This document shows positions 27,454-36,814 of a stretch of DNA of 64,000 nt, piece after piece (position 1 is the first letter of the stretch; every line of letters starts with the position of its first letter). The notes beneath the pieces were generated by a model. The model searched no databases. It was not told the origin of the DNA and saw only the letters and a program-made list of their open reading frames with translations. The position numbers and the translations under genes are program-made. The DNA lies in the NCBI GenBank assembly GCA_964584805.1, contig CAZPAY010000002.1, positions 80,311 to 144,310 of the forward strand, in the 5' to 3' direction. Source of the stretch: an uncultured Planctomycetales bacterium. GTDB lineage: Bacteria > Planctomycetota > UBA1135.

Positions 27454-27882
27454 ATGCATAGGCAATTGAGACTGTGCGCGGCAGCCGTTTGGTTTGTCGG
27501 TGCCGTATATTTACTAACCAAGTCATTTGTTTTGGCGGCTGCGGCGCGAGCTATTCAGCCTGACTCATCGTTGCCAACAATCCTTTTAGGGGCAGGCGTT
27601 GTCGTGGGGGCAGTCAAGGCAAAATTACTTTTCGCGCCACTTTGTCGAAAAAATCTTGTGCGTATATTCGCAATAGCCCAGCCTCGCTTTTGGCAGTTCT
27701 ATCGGCCCGTATTTTTCGTCTTGCTCGCTTTGATGATTTCGTTGGGCATGACCATGACTCGCATGGCTGACGGCAACTTTGCCGGTTTGGTCACCGTCTC
27801 TGCAATCGACGCCATGCTCGGCACGGCACTGCTGCTGAGTGGCTCAGTCTTTTTTCTCTTCCGGCAAATAGCGCAGGAATAG
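27454..27882 (+). CDS. Small multi-TM membrane protein, function unknown
   Basis: About 4 hydrophobic helices. The start is uncertain (track start 27376). Confidence 0.5.
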   Translation: MHRQLRLCAAAVWFVGAVYLLTKSFVLAAAARAIQPDSSLPTILLGAGVVVGAVKAKLLFAPLCRKNLVRIFAIAQPRFWQFYRPVFFVLLALMISLGMTMTRMADGNFAGLVTVSAIDAMLGTALLLSGSVFFLFRQIAQE

Positions 27883-28650
27883 TTCGCGGACTTCCTTTAC
27901 CTTGTGCCGGACTTCGCGGGCTTCCCAGCCTGCAGTAGGGATTGGTGCTAAAAAGTCGACGCGCACGACACCTGGCCGCACAATGTAAGTTCCGTGAGGT
28001 TGACAAATCTCGGTGCCGCGATGAATCGTTGGCACAAGAGGCACTTTCGTTTGCAGAGCCATGTGGAATGGCCCCAACTTAAATTTTTGCAAACCACCTT
28101 TGCGTGAGCGCGTGCCTTCCGGAGCGACAAAAAGCGCGAGCCCTTTATCGCGCACCGTGCGTGCGGCACGATCTACGCTGTCGATTGCCGCCTCGCGATT
28201 GGAACGGTCAACCGCAATACAGCCAAGCCGAGCCATGAGCCAACCCATCAATGGAATTTTGTGAAATTCTTTTTTGTAAATCACAACTGCGTTGTCGGGA
28301 CAGAGTGACGAAAAAAGGAACAGGTCAAAAATGCTTACATGATTGATAAGCAAGATTTTTGGCCCCGGCGTGTCGCGATGCTCAAGCCCGTGGATTTCAA
28401 GTTTGACGCCATAAATCAAGCATTGCATCTTGCCCCAACCGCGCATCACCGGCCCACGCCAACGGCGCATCACATAGGGTGATGTCGTGCAAAGCAGCAT
28501 AAAAGCCATATGCACAAAGGCAAAGACCCATGATGGAATCAGCATTATCCAGCCACGCAGGCGGCTGCCCACAGGTGGCTGAACCCATGACTCGGCTTCT
28601 ATGTCGCGCGGTCGGTCAGCCAAGTTTTCGGTGGGGGCGGTGTCACTCAC
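27844..28650 (-). CDS. plsC: 1-acyl-sn-glycerol-3-phosphate acyltransferase family
   Basis: HxxxxD box in INHVSIFDLF, and VAPEGTRSRKG. Confidence 0.85.
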   Translation of the reverse strand: MSDTAPTENLADRPRDIEAESWVQPPVGSRLRGWIMLIPSWVFAFVHMAFMLLCTTSPYVMRRWRGPVMRGWGKMQCLIYGVKLEIHGLEHRDTPGPKILLINHVSIFDLFLFSSLCPDNAVVIYKKEFHKIPLMGWLMARLGCIAVDRSNREAAIDSVDRAARTVRDKGLALFVAPEGTRSRKGGLQKFKLGPFHMALQTKVPLVPTIHRGTEICQPHGTYIVRPGVVRVDFLAPIPTAGWEAREVRHKVKEVRELFLRYLPEEKKD

Positions 28651-28718
28651 GACATCATTCTAGGGGTGCAGTTAGACTATTTCCCAGCGCAGCCACACCT
28701 TGGCGCGCATTGAATAAA

Positions 28719-29345
28719 ATGAAAAACATCACTCGCTTTTCCTTTTCTGGCTTGGTCGCTGGTCTCCTCCTTACCGCCACCCTTGGCGCTGTTGTCTTGG
28801 TGCAGGCTGATTTGCTCGGCCAGTTCAAGCAAATGAATGTCAAGATGCGCACCGACACGACAAAACTCATCAACGAGTCCGCGCGCAGTCATGGCTTTAG
28901 CATTGATTCAAAAATGCTTATCGTTTCCTCGATGGCTCCTGAGCTTATTGTTGCTGGCGCGCCTGTTGAGGGCATCCGTGCTAAGGGTAAAAAGGGAAAC
29001 AAGTCGGCAGATGCGGGTGGCGCGAAGAGCGACATCATCGGTGTCTTTGTCGTCGCCGGCACAGGTGGCGGCAACCCAGGGAAGCACGGCAAGCAAGGTG
29101 GTAGCAAGCGTCCGCTCGGTGGCGCTATTTCTGGCATTTATATGGTCAAGGGCAATGTCGCCGACGGTGCTTCGACCGTGCAAGTCGTCGGCATGGATGG
29201 CAAGGTCCTGACCAAAGTGAAAGTTAACACTTCATGGGCAAGCAGCAAAAACGACTGGTGGAAGCCGGTTTACATGTCAATCTTGCAGGGCTTGACTTCA
29301 CCTGCCGCGGGCAAAAAGTCAGGCGGCAAAAACCCACTGAAGTAA
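28719..29345 (+). CDS. N-terminally anchored Lys/Gly-rich protein, function unknown
   Basis: MKNITRFSFSGLVAGLLLTATLGAVVLV anchor. The middle and C-terminal segments are K/G-rich. Confidence 0.6.
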   Translation: MKNITRFSFSGLVAGLLLTATLGAVVLVQADLLGQFKQMNVKMRTDTTKLINESARSHGFSIDSKMLIVSSMAPELIVAGAPVEGIRAKGKKGNKSADAGGAKSDIIGVFVVAGTGGGNPGKHGKQGGSKRPLGGAISGIYMVKGNVADGASTVQVVGMDGKVLTKVKVNTSWASSKNDWWKPVYMSILQGLTSPAAGKKSGGKNPLK

Positions 29346-29372
29346 TTCGGTGCGGTAGCGATTGGCGTTCGG

Positions 29373-30185
29373 CTAATCGCGCCACAAACCGCGCACGGCA
29401 TCTGCCATTTTGCGTACTCGGGTCGCGTCTACAGCATTGTGGACGCGGCCTTCTTCTTTGAGCCAAGTGCCGACGATGGCGCCGTTGGCGAGAGGGGCTA
29501 AGGATGGCGCGTTTTCGGGCGACAAGCCTGAACCGAGCAGTACGCTACCGGATTGACCTGCTGCCGCGCGCACTTCCGTGAGTAGAGCCTCATCAACGGG
29601 GGCGCCAGTCGCTGCACCCGTGACAATGACGGCATCCGCCAAACCGCGCAAAAGCGTGTCTTTGACGGCATCCTGAGCGGTTAAGGGCGCGAGAGGCGAT
29701 GCGTGTTTCACCAAGACATCCGCCAGAATTGCAACTCGGTTTTCGCCGTGATCAGCGCCGAGTGCTTTGCGGTAACGCAAGGTGTCAGCGGCTTCCCCTT
29801 CGATTACGCCTTGGTCGGTGACATAAGTGCCGGTGTGGACATTCACGCGGATGAAATTGAGCCCCGCCGCCGCTGCAATGCCGAGTGCAGTATGCGCATC
29901 ATTCCGCAAACAATTCATCCCGGTGGGAAGGTTGTGCAATCGTTTCACTTCGCCGGCAAGCAAGGTCAACATCGCAGCTTGGTGGGGAGGAATGCGATCG
30001 CCCTTGCAGCCTTTGACAAAAGGAGCTGAGCCAAAGTTTTCAAGAATGATGGCATCAACGCCGCCGCTCGCCAATGCGTCCGCATCGCGTAAAACAAACT
30101 CACGCACTTGGGCAAACCCCATGCCTTCGTTTGCTGGATCGCCAGGCAAAGCCGGGAGGTGAAGTACGCCGATGAGACCGTTCAT
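29373..30185 (-). CDS. BtpA/SgcQ family TIM-barrel protein
   Basis: MNGLIGVLHLPALPGDP and GGVDAIILENFGSAPF. Start set at ATG 30185. Confidence 0.75.
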   Translation of the reverse strand: MNGLIGVLHLPALPGDPANEGMGFAQVREFVLRDADALASGGVDAIILENFGSAPFVKGCKGDRIPPHQAAMLTLLAGEVKRLHNLPTGMNCLRNDAHTALGIAAAAGLNFIRVNVHTGTYVTDQGVIEGEAADTLRYRKALGADHGENRVAILADVLVKHASPLAPLTAQDAVKDTLLRGLADAVIVTGAATGAPVDEALLTEVRAAAGQSGSVLLGSGLSPENAPSLAPLANGAIVGTWLKEEGRVHNAVDATRVRKMADAVRGLWRD

Positions 30186-30195
30186 GGCGCTGATT

Positions 30196-32001
30196 TTACT
30201 CGCCGCAGCAGCCACCGTGTTCGCTATCGTGGCCAACCGGGCCCATGGGGCGGAAGACCTTGGCAAGGAAGCCTGTTACGCCTTGGCGGAAAAATGAAAC
30301 GAGATAAATCGCTGCGAGTGCAAAGGCCGACCATTCTTTCCAAGAGGTTGCATGTTCATGCGTATGGGTCGCCATTGCCTTTGGCGCAAATCCATCTTGG
30401 AAATATGCGTTTACAGCAAAACCGAGAATAACGGCCAGTAGAGGCATGGAAACGCTGAATGCAATCGCGACGCCCTTGCCGTGTAAGTCGCGTAAAACAC
30501 CAAAAGTTGTGACATTCGTCGCAGGCCCAGTCAGCAAAAATGCCAAGCCGGCACCGGGCGATAAGCCAAGCCCGAGTAAAACGGCAATCAATGGGGTCGA
30601 GCCACTTGCGCACACATAGAGCGGCATCCCGATAAAAGCGGCGACCAAAATATCAACGCCCGTTGGCAACCCAGGTAAAAAGTCTGAATCCAAAATGGGG
30701 TTGAGCAGAGCCGCAATGGCTAGGCCGAGCAAAATCCAGGGGCCCGTGTCGTCGATGATGTCGCCAAAGCCGTAGCGCATGCCCATTTTTAGCCGAGCCC
30801 ATGCGGACGGCTTGGGTGAGCAGCAACTCGCTGGCTCAGGCTCTGGATTTGACGAGCAGCAAGAGCTCGCGGGAGTGGGGTGGGTGCCAGCATTTTTTTC
30901 GGCGCCTTGATTACGCATCCGACCGACAGTCAAACCCATAATCATGGCCAAAACGGCCGCGCCGACCAAACGCACCCAGGTCAATTCTGCGCCGAGCAAA
31001 CCAAACGACAACATCACCGAGGCCCACCCCAATTCGGGAGTCGCCACTAAGAAGCTCATCGCTGCAGGTTTCGGTGTTTCGGCCTCAATCAAACCGCGGT
31101 AAACCGGAATCACGCCACAGGAGCAAATGGGAACGGGCAAGCCCGCAGCCGTGCCACGGAGGGCTTGCGTGAAGGGGGTGCCGCCTTTGAAAAAGCCCTT
31201 GAGGCTTTCAGGCATGAAGGCTTTGCTGAGTGCAATCGTGATGGACGCCGCCAAAAGGGCGGGTGCGCTTTCGACGGCGAGCAGCCAGAACCCGCTTCCG
31301 AAACTTGCCGTGTCATGATTCGCGTGCAGGATCGTTGTGGCAATGTGCGGCTCGTGCGCATTGAGCCCTAAAATGCCTGCAAGGGCCAGTAAACCACCCG
31401 TTGCCGAGGCAATCGTCTCGCGCCCAGCTTGCATGGAATCGGCGCGATGGGGGTGGCCAACGACCACATGAAACAAGGCGCCTGCCATCAAAGCCTGGAA
31501 GAAAAACAGCAAGTTTCCTGTGCCTGATAGATCGACCGTCGTGCCTAATACAGTCGCAGCCATCATTACGGCTAAAACCAAGAGTGCGCGCGTAACGCCA
31601 AAGCGTGGTCGCACGAGCCACCAAACGGCCATGCCGACGGGCAATCGGTGCAAGACAACGGCCACGCCCAGACCGACATTTGCGGTCAATGCCGCGCCGT
31701 CAAAAAAAGCATGAACCGCGAGGCCTGTCATCCCGAGACCAACTTCGGCGGCGAGTGCGCCACCGTGCATCCATTTGTGTAAAAAGATGGGCAGTGCCAT
31801 GCCGAGGGCGAAGACAACAAGCGCGAGCCATCCGGCGCCCGCCCACGCTTCGGGCATGACATGGGCAAACAACAAGCCACCGATGCCGATGCGCACAAAA
31901 CCGTCGAGGCCAGCCGATGCCAAGCGCGAACCGCCAAAAATGCGAAACACGAGTGGAGCGACTGCAAGAGCAGCGAGGCTGGCGATGAGAGTGGGGAGCA
32001 T
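30196..32001 (-). CDS. Fusion of a ZIP-like metal transporter domain with a PF03773-like (ArsP / SO_0444-type) permease domain
   Basis: The N-terminal half has VHAFFDGAAL and LHRLPVGMAVWW, which are ZIP-like HxxxDG / HxxPxG motifs. The C-terminal half has PVPICSCGVIPVY. CC motifs are present (SSCCSS, ASCCSP, GGCCGE). Start set at ATG 32001. Confidence 0.65.
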   Translation of the reverse strand: MLPTLIASLAALAVAPLVFRIFGGSRLASAGLDGFVRIGIGGLLFAHVMPEAWAGAGWLALVVFALGMALPIFLHKWMHGGALAAEVGLGMTGLAVHAFFDGAALTANVGLGVAVVLHRLPVGMAVWWLVRPRFGVTRALLVLAVMMAATVLGTTVDLSGTGNLLFFFQALMAGALFHVVVGHPHRADSMQAGRETIASATGGLLALAGILGLNAHEPHIATTILHANHDTASFGSGFWLLAVESAPALLAASITIALSKAFMPESLKGFFKGGTPFTQALRGTAAGLPVPICSCGVIPVYRGLIEAETPKPAAMSFLVATPELGWASVMLSFGLLGAELTWVRLVGAAVLAMIMGLTVGRMRNQGAEKNAGTHPTPASSCCSSNPEPEPASCCSPKPSAWARLKMGMRYGFGDIIDDTGPWILLGLAIAALLNPILDSDFLPGLPTGVDILVAAFIGMPLYVCASGSTPLIAVLLGLGLSPGAGLAFLLTGPATNVTTFGVLRDLHGKGVAIAFSVSMPLLAVILGFAVNAYFQDGFAPKAMATHTHEHATSWKEWSAFALAAIYLVSFFRQGVTGFLAKVFRPMGPVGHDSEHGGCCGE

Positions 32002-32041
32002 GGTCAAACAAGTGGGCCACGGTGGCCGAACGCCTTCTACT

Positions 32042-32392
32042 TTAGGACGGAGTGCCGCCGCGCTCACCCCGCACGCGGGTGCCATTTTTCTCAAACCACT
32101 GCACCAACTTGGTGCGGTGATCCCCCTGAAAAACAATCAAGCCGTCAGTGAGAGTTGCGCCAGCACCAAGTGCTTTTCGCAATTTCTTCATTAGCGTCTT
32201 TTGCGCATCAGCCGGCACATCACGCACAGATGTCACGACCTTATTTCCCTTACGCTTTTCAAAGCCAAGGACGACTTCCTTGATTTCAGCATCAGGGGCC
32301 TCCGAGGCAGGGATTTCAGCCGTTTCAGGCTCGCCGCTGCCCTCAATGCCAGCTTTGGCAAAGAGTTCAGCAAAGGGGTTCTCTCCGGACAT
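32042..32392 (-). CDS. yciH: SUI1/eIF1-family translation initiation factor homolog
   Basis: RKGNKVVTSVRDVP...LRKALGAGATLTDGLIVFQGDHRTKLVQWFEKNG. Confidence 0.85.
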   Translation of the reverse strand: MSGENPFAELFAKAGIEGSGEPETAEIPASEAPDAEIKEVVLGFEKRKGNKVVTSVRDVPADAQKTLMKKLRKALGAGATLTDGLIVFQGDHRTKLVQWFEKNGTRVRGERGGTPS

Positions 32393-32490
32393 GCGGCTAG
32401 TTTAAAGGCTTTTCGAGTCAAGGAAGTGCGGAAACAGCGCACGCAAACGGCCTCTTTTGGGCCAGCGCTCTTTCCGCTCAAACTCTCTCG

Positions 32491-33333
32491 GTGAACAACC
32501 TCAAAGAGGGGCAGACGGTTTTCGTTCAAATAAATGGTGTTGCCATTTTTCGATCTCGTGTCCCGATGGGGCTAGCGGGCGTGTCGGTTTGGTTTCAGGC
32601 GATGGAAACGAATTACGATGGATTGAGCAATTCTGTTGCCGCGGTGACGCTAGATACTTTTCGCATGGACACTTTCGAGACAACGATTGATTTGTTCTGC
32701 TCGTATCTCAATGAAGCAATGGCCGCGGGCGACATTTGAGTGACCGGTCGCGTTGTCTATCAGGTCGGTGGCGCTGGCGAAGCGATTTGCGATACATCGA
32801 ACCATTCGGCCGATAGTTTTATTTACTGGAGCGGCAATCGTTTCAGCGTGGAAGACGATAAGGAGTTTTACTCGATGACCGAAGTCAGTTGGTATGGCGC
32901 GTGTCTCTTTGCAAATTGGCGCAGCACTCAAGTGGGCCGGACGCCCTGCTACGACCCAACCACTTTTGACTGTAATTTTCTTGCGGATGGCTGGCGTTTG
33001 CCGACGGAAGCCGAGTGGGAATACGCTGCCCGTGGCGGCGAGCACAACCCCTATTACCAATACCCATGGGGAAGCAACACCATCACCACGGTCGATGCGA
33101 ATTACGACAATACTTGGGGTGGCGCGTATGAAGTCGGGTTTTATTACGCACCCAATGGATATGGCCTCTACAACATGGCGGGGGATGTGGGTGAGTTTTG
33201 CTACGACTGGTACGACGAGGATTATTACTCCACCAGCCCTGTTGTGAACCCAGTTTGTCTTGTGCCAAACGGTCTCTTCAACGATGAGCGGAACTATGGT
33301 GTGGGTTTTCGTCTTGTTGCAAATTGGCGATGA
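32491..33333 (+). pseudogene. FGE-sulfatase (SUMF1-like) domain gene interrupted by an in-frame TGA at 32737-32739 and lacking the RGGSW segment
   Basis: ORFs 32491-32739 and 32740-33333 are contiguous in one frame. WRLPTEAEWEYAARGG, GLYNMAGDVGEF and the C-terminal GFRLV are present. There is no signal peptide. Confidence 0.6.
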
Positions 33334-33350
33334 GTAATGTTTTCATCATC

Positions 33351-33643
33351 ATGCGCAAGTTGCTTTACGCGAGTCTTCTTTTCACGCTCGCAATGCCTCT
33401 GTGTGCACAAACGCTTTCCGTTTCAAATTTAACAGAGGGCATGGCGACGACTGGTATGACGGCAATTACTTCAGCTCAACCCCAAGCCATAACCCGGTTG
33501 GTCCAAGTAGCGGTCAATACCGCAGCGTGCGTGGTGGAAGTTGGGCTTCTCCCAGCACGGCTTTGCGCTCGGCGGATCGCCACAACCTAAGCCCAGATTA
33601 TCAACACCGCCATTTTGGCTTCCGGCTAGTTTCGAAACACTAG
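33351..33643 (+). pseudogene. Remnant of a second FGE-domain gene: a signal peptide joined out of frame to the C-terminal ~65 codons
   Basis: Frame 0 encodes MRKLLYASLLFTLAMPLCAQ. From about 33440, frame 2 encodes GDDWYDGNYFSSTPSHNPVGPSSGQYRSVRGGSWASPSTALRSADRH...FGFRLV. Confidence 0.6.
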
Positions 33644-33659
33644 GCGTTACAATACCGCC

Positions 33660-34643
33660 ATGATCCTCATCACAGGCGGCGCAGGCTTTATCGGCTCAAA
33701 CATCGTGGCGGCTTTTGAAGACCGTGGCGAAAAAGTTTTGGTGTGCGACCGACTTGAGTCGGATGACAGGTGGCGTAATTTGGCTAAGCGCGATGTGGTT
33801 GATTTGATTGCGCCCGAAGATTTGTTTGATGCGCTTGATGCTGTGGTCGAAGAGCTGACGGCTGTTGTGCATATGGGTGCGATTTCGGCAACCACCGAAA
33901 CGGATGTCGACAAAATCGTCGAAAACAACATTCGCTTGACCCTCGATTTGGTCGCGTGGTGCACAGCAAATGATGTGCGTTTGATCTATGCATCATCCGC
34001 TGCGACTTACGGCGACGGCGCGATCGGTTTTGATGATGATGAGGGTTGTGAAGCTCTTGCGCGTTTACAGCCACTGAATGCTTATGGCTGGAGTAAGCAC
34101 TTTGTTGATCGACGCATTGCCCGCCTCAAAGTCGATGGAGACGAGCTTCCGCCCCAAATTGCCGGCTTGAAATTTTTCAATGTCTACGGCCCCAATGAGG
34201 CGCATAAAGGCAGCATGCGTTCCGTCGTGCACGCCGTTTATGAGCGAGCCGCAGCGGGTGAACCTGCGCGTTTATTCCGCTCGCACAACCCCGATTACGC
34301 CGACGGCGGGCAGTTGCGCGATTTCGTCTGGGTCGGCGATTGCGTCGATGTCGTGATGTGGCTTTATGATCATGCAGAGGTGAGTGGCTTGTTTAACTGT
34401 GGCACAGGCCGGGCGCGCAGTTTTCTCGATTTGGCAAAAGCGGTTTACGCCGCGCTTGATCTTGAATTCGAGGTCGAATGGGTCGATACGCCCGAGACCA
34501 TCCGTGAAAAGTACCAGTATTTCACCGAGGCAAATATGGGCAAAATCCGCGCCGCTGGTTTTGCCGCGGAGCCCACTTCGCTAGAAGATGGCGTCCGCCG
34601 TTATGTGACGCAGTTCTTGGCAACGAGTGACCCTTACCGCTAG
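33660..34643 (+). CDS. hldD: ADP-L-glycero-D-manno-heptose 6-epimerase
   Basis: MILITGGAGFIGSNIV, YASSAATYG, LKFFNVYGPNEAHKGSMRSVV and LFNCGTGRARSF run colinear with E. coli HldD. Confidence 0.9.
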   Translation: MILITGGAGFIGSNIVAAFEDRGEKVLVCDRLESDDRWRNLAKRDVVDLIAPEDLFDALDAVVEELTAVVHMGAISATTETDVDKIVENNIRLTLDLVAWCTANDVRLIYASSAATYGDGAIGFDDDEGCEALARLQPLNAYGWSKHFVDRRIARLKVDGDELPPQIAGLKFFNVYGPNEAHKGSMRSVVHAVYERAAAGEPARLFRSHNPDYADGGQLRDFVWVGDCVDVVMWLYDHAEVSGLFNCGTGRARSFLDLAKAVYAALDLEFEVEWVDTPETIREKYQYFTEANMGKIRAAGFAAEPTSLEDGVRRYVTQFLATSDPYR

Positions 34644-34837
34644 CGCGCTGATAGGCGCGAGCAATAGGCAAAACAAAACGGCAAGACTGCTGGGTCATCG
34701 GGAATCATGCGGATGAGTTCCCAAATGATTTCATAGCCGTAAGGTGCGGCGGCCATGAATTCGCGCATGACAGGCGTGATGCAACCCAAGGCAAAGGCTG
34801 CGCTTGCGGCAAAAACCCAGCGGCTGCCTCGACTCAT
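34640..34837 (-). CDS. Possible small membrane protein (65 aa), function unknown
   Basis: Its ATG shares the A of the upstream glycosyltransferase TAA (TAATG). It has one or two hydrophobic segments and no recognisable homology. Confidence 0.3.
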   Translation of the reverse strand: MSRGSRWVFAASAAFALGCITPVMREFMAAAPYGYEIIWELIRMIPDDPAVLPFCFAYCSRLSAR

Positions 34838-35778
34838 TAAAGCTCAGACTCACGCACGACATAAATCGGGCGCTGCTTGACCTCGGAGTAAATCCGTCCG
34901 AGGTATTCGCCAATCAGGCCGATGCCGAGCATATTGAGGCCGCCAATCAGCAAGATGACAACGGACACAAAAGTGATATTTGGGCCCATGCCGAAAACGC
35001 CCGTAAAGTGCGCGACGGTTAAAAGAACCGCGCCAAGGATGGACAAAATCATGGCCACAACGCCTGAAATCATCAAGACGCGCAATGGGAAAACCGAGAA
35101 TGCCAGCAAGCCCTCAATCGCAATGCCCGACAAAATCCAGAAATTGGTTTTCTCTTCGCCTGCACCACGGGCGGGACGATCAAAGCCGATTCCGGCTTGA
35201 CGAAAACCCACAAAGGCGCGCAGCCCAGGCACAAAACGCCCACGCTCTTTCATGCTGACCAAAGCGTCAACGACAACGCGACGCATCAGGCAAAAGTTGC
35301 CGGCATCGAGCGGGATGTCGATATACGAAGTGCGTTTCCAGATGCGGTAAAAAAGCCACATCGACATCTTCTTGATCATGCCCTCTTTGTGACGCTTTTT
35401 GCGCTGACCATAAACGACATCTAAATTTTCATCGTCTAGTTTGGCCGCAAAATCTGCAATCATTTCGGGAGGGTCTTGTTGGTCGCCGTCCATCAAAACG
35501 ACGCGCTTGCCACAGGCTGCATCAAGCCCACATGCAACCGCACCCGAGTGCCCGAAATTACGCGAAAGCGACAAGAACTTAAAGCGCGCGTCTTGCGCAT
35601 GCAGCTCTTTGAGTAAAGCCAGCGACCCATCCTGTGAGCCATTGTCAATCCAGATGGCTTCCCAATCGTCGACGCCCATGCCCGCAAAAGTTGCGGCGAT
35701 TCGCTCGGCCAGCGGGCGGATGTTGGGCTCTTCATCCCAAGAAGGGAGGACGACGGAGTATTGGGGTTTGTCGGTCAT
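34837..35778 (-). CDS. GT2 polyprenyl-phosphate glycosyltransferase (ArnC/GtrB/DPM1-like) with two C-terminal TM helices
   Basis: YSVVLPSWDEEPNI and MDGDQQDPPE (DxD-like), with C-terminal hydrophobic helices. Confidence 0.85.
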   Translation of the reverse strand: MTDKPQYSVVLPSWDEEPNIRPLAERIAATFAGMGVDDWEAIWIDNGSQDGSLALLKELHAQDARFKFLSLSRNFGHSGAVACGLDAACGKRVVLMDGDQQDPPEMIADFAAKLDDENLDVVYGQRKKRHKEGMIKKMSMWLFYRIWKRTSYIDIPLDAGNFCLMRRVVVDALVSMKERGRFVPGLRAFVGFRQAGIGFDRPARGAGEEKTNFWILSGIAIEGLLAFSVFPLRVLMISGVVAMILSILGAVLLTVAHFTGVFGMGPNITFVSVVILLIGGLNMLGIGLIGEYLGRIYSEVKQRPIYVVRESEL

Positions 35779-35800
35779 GTGGAGCAGCGGTCAAACAGCG

Positions 35801-36751
35801 TTAGCCGTCGGCGGGTGGCCGAGCAGCGTTTACCATCCTAGTGAGGCCTTCGCGCAAAGTAACTTGCGGTTTCCAGCCGAGTAGACGCTCGGCTTTTGAA
35901 ATGTCAGCCTGACAACGCAAAATTTCACCTTGGCGTAATTCCATCGCGCCAAAGTTTGGAGTGCCCGCGCCGATGATGTCGAGGACGGTTTCGACCATTT
36001 CGCGCACGGGGGTTTCGACGCCCGAGCCGAGGTTGATGACTTCACCATCAATGCCAGGTGTTGTCGCAGCGGCAATCATGCCGGCGACTAAATCGTCAAC
36101 ATAAATGAAGTCGCGCGTTTGCTTACCGTGAGTGGTGTCAAAAGTGCCATCGGCAAAACCTTGGCGAATCACAAAAGGCGTAAACCCGCGCGCCTGGTCG
36201 GGGCCGTAAACCACAAAGGGTCGCACAACAACAACGGGGCATCCTTGCGCCGAAGCGAGCATCTGCAAATGATGCGTCGCGCCAACTTTGCTGACTGAGT
36301 ATGCGGAAACCGGAGCCTCGCGCTGCGTCTCGACATGCGGCACAGGGTTGTGGCCATACTCCTCATTCGTGCCACAGCGAACCCATCGTTTTAGGGATGG
36401 CGTCCAGATTGCGCGAGCGGTGGCGCGGGCATTGCCATAGTGGCTGGCGGCCATCGCGTCATCATTGTCGCGACTGTGCGATTGATCCGTGCGGCCGGCG
36501 AGATCGATGACGATTTCTGGCTCAAAAGCGGCCATTGCATCAAGAATCGCGGGGTCATCGAGCGAGCCTTCGAGCAAGTCAATTTCAAGGCCACGGATGT
36601 CATCTGGGTAGCCAGATTGCACCGTAGGGCGCACGCCATCGGCGACGAGCTGCTTGACGAGGTGTGAGGCGATGTAGCCGCCACCGCCGACAACGAGAAC
36701 GCGCGCATCTTTCAGCGCGGGCAGAGCTTGGGGGGAGTCTGTGGGAGCCAT
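35801..36751 (-). CDS. NAD-dependent epimerase/dehydratase (extended SDR)
   Basis: VLVVGGGGYIASHLV, YSVSK. Start set at ATG 36751, because the 483-aa track ORF runs into rfbF on the opposite strand. Confidence 0.85.
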   Translation of the reverse strand: MAPTDSPQALPALKDARVLVVGGGGYIASHLVKQLVADGVRPTVQSGYPDDIRGLEIDLLEGSLDDPAILDAMAAFEPEIVIDLAGRTDQSHSRDNDDAMAASHYGNARATARAIWTPSLKRWVRCGTNEEYGHNPVPHVETQREAPVSAYSVSKVGATHHLQMLASAQGCPVVVVRPFVVYGPDQARGFTPFVIRQGFADGTFDTTHGKQTRDFIYVDDLVAGMIAAATTPGIDGEVINLGSGVETPVREMVETVLDIIGAGTPNFGAMELRQGEILRCQADISKAERLLGWKPQVTLREGLTRMVNAARPPADG

Positions 36752-36814
36752 GTTTCGGTGATATAGTATCGGCACATTCAGGTGTTTCCCTGACTGCAAT
36801 CCAACATTAATACG

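Noticed and set aside
32737-32739. The in-frame TGA in the FGE-domain gene as a possible selenocysteine codon.
   Set aside because: The position aligns to a non-conserved linker rather than a catalytic Cys. I see only a weak 4-bp pairing downstream and nothing resembling a bacterial SECIS hairpin. The gene shows other signs of decay.
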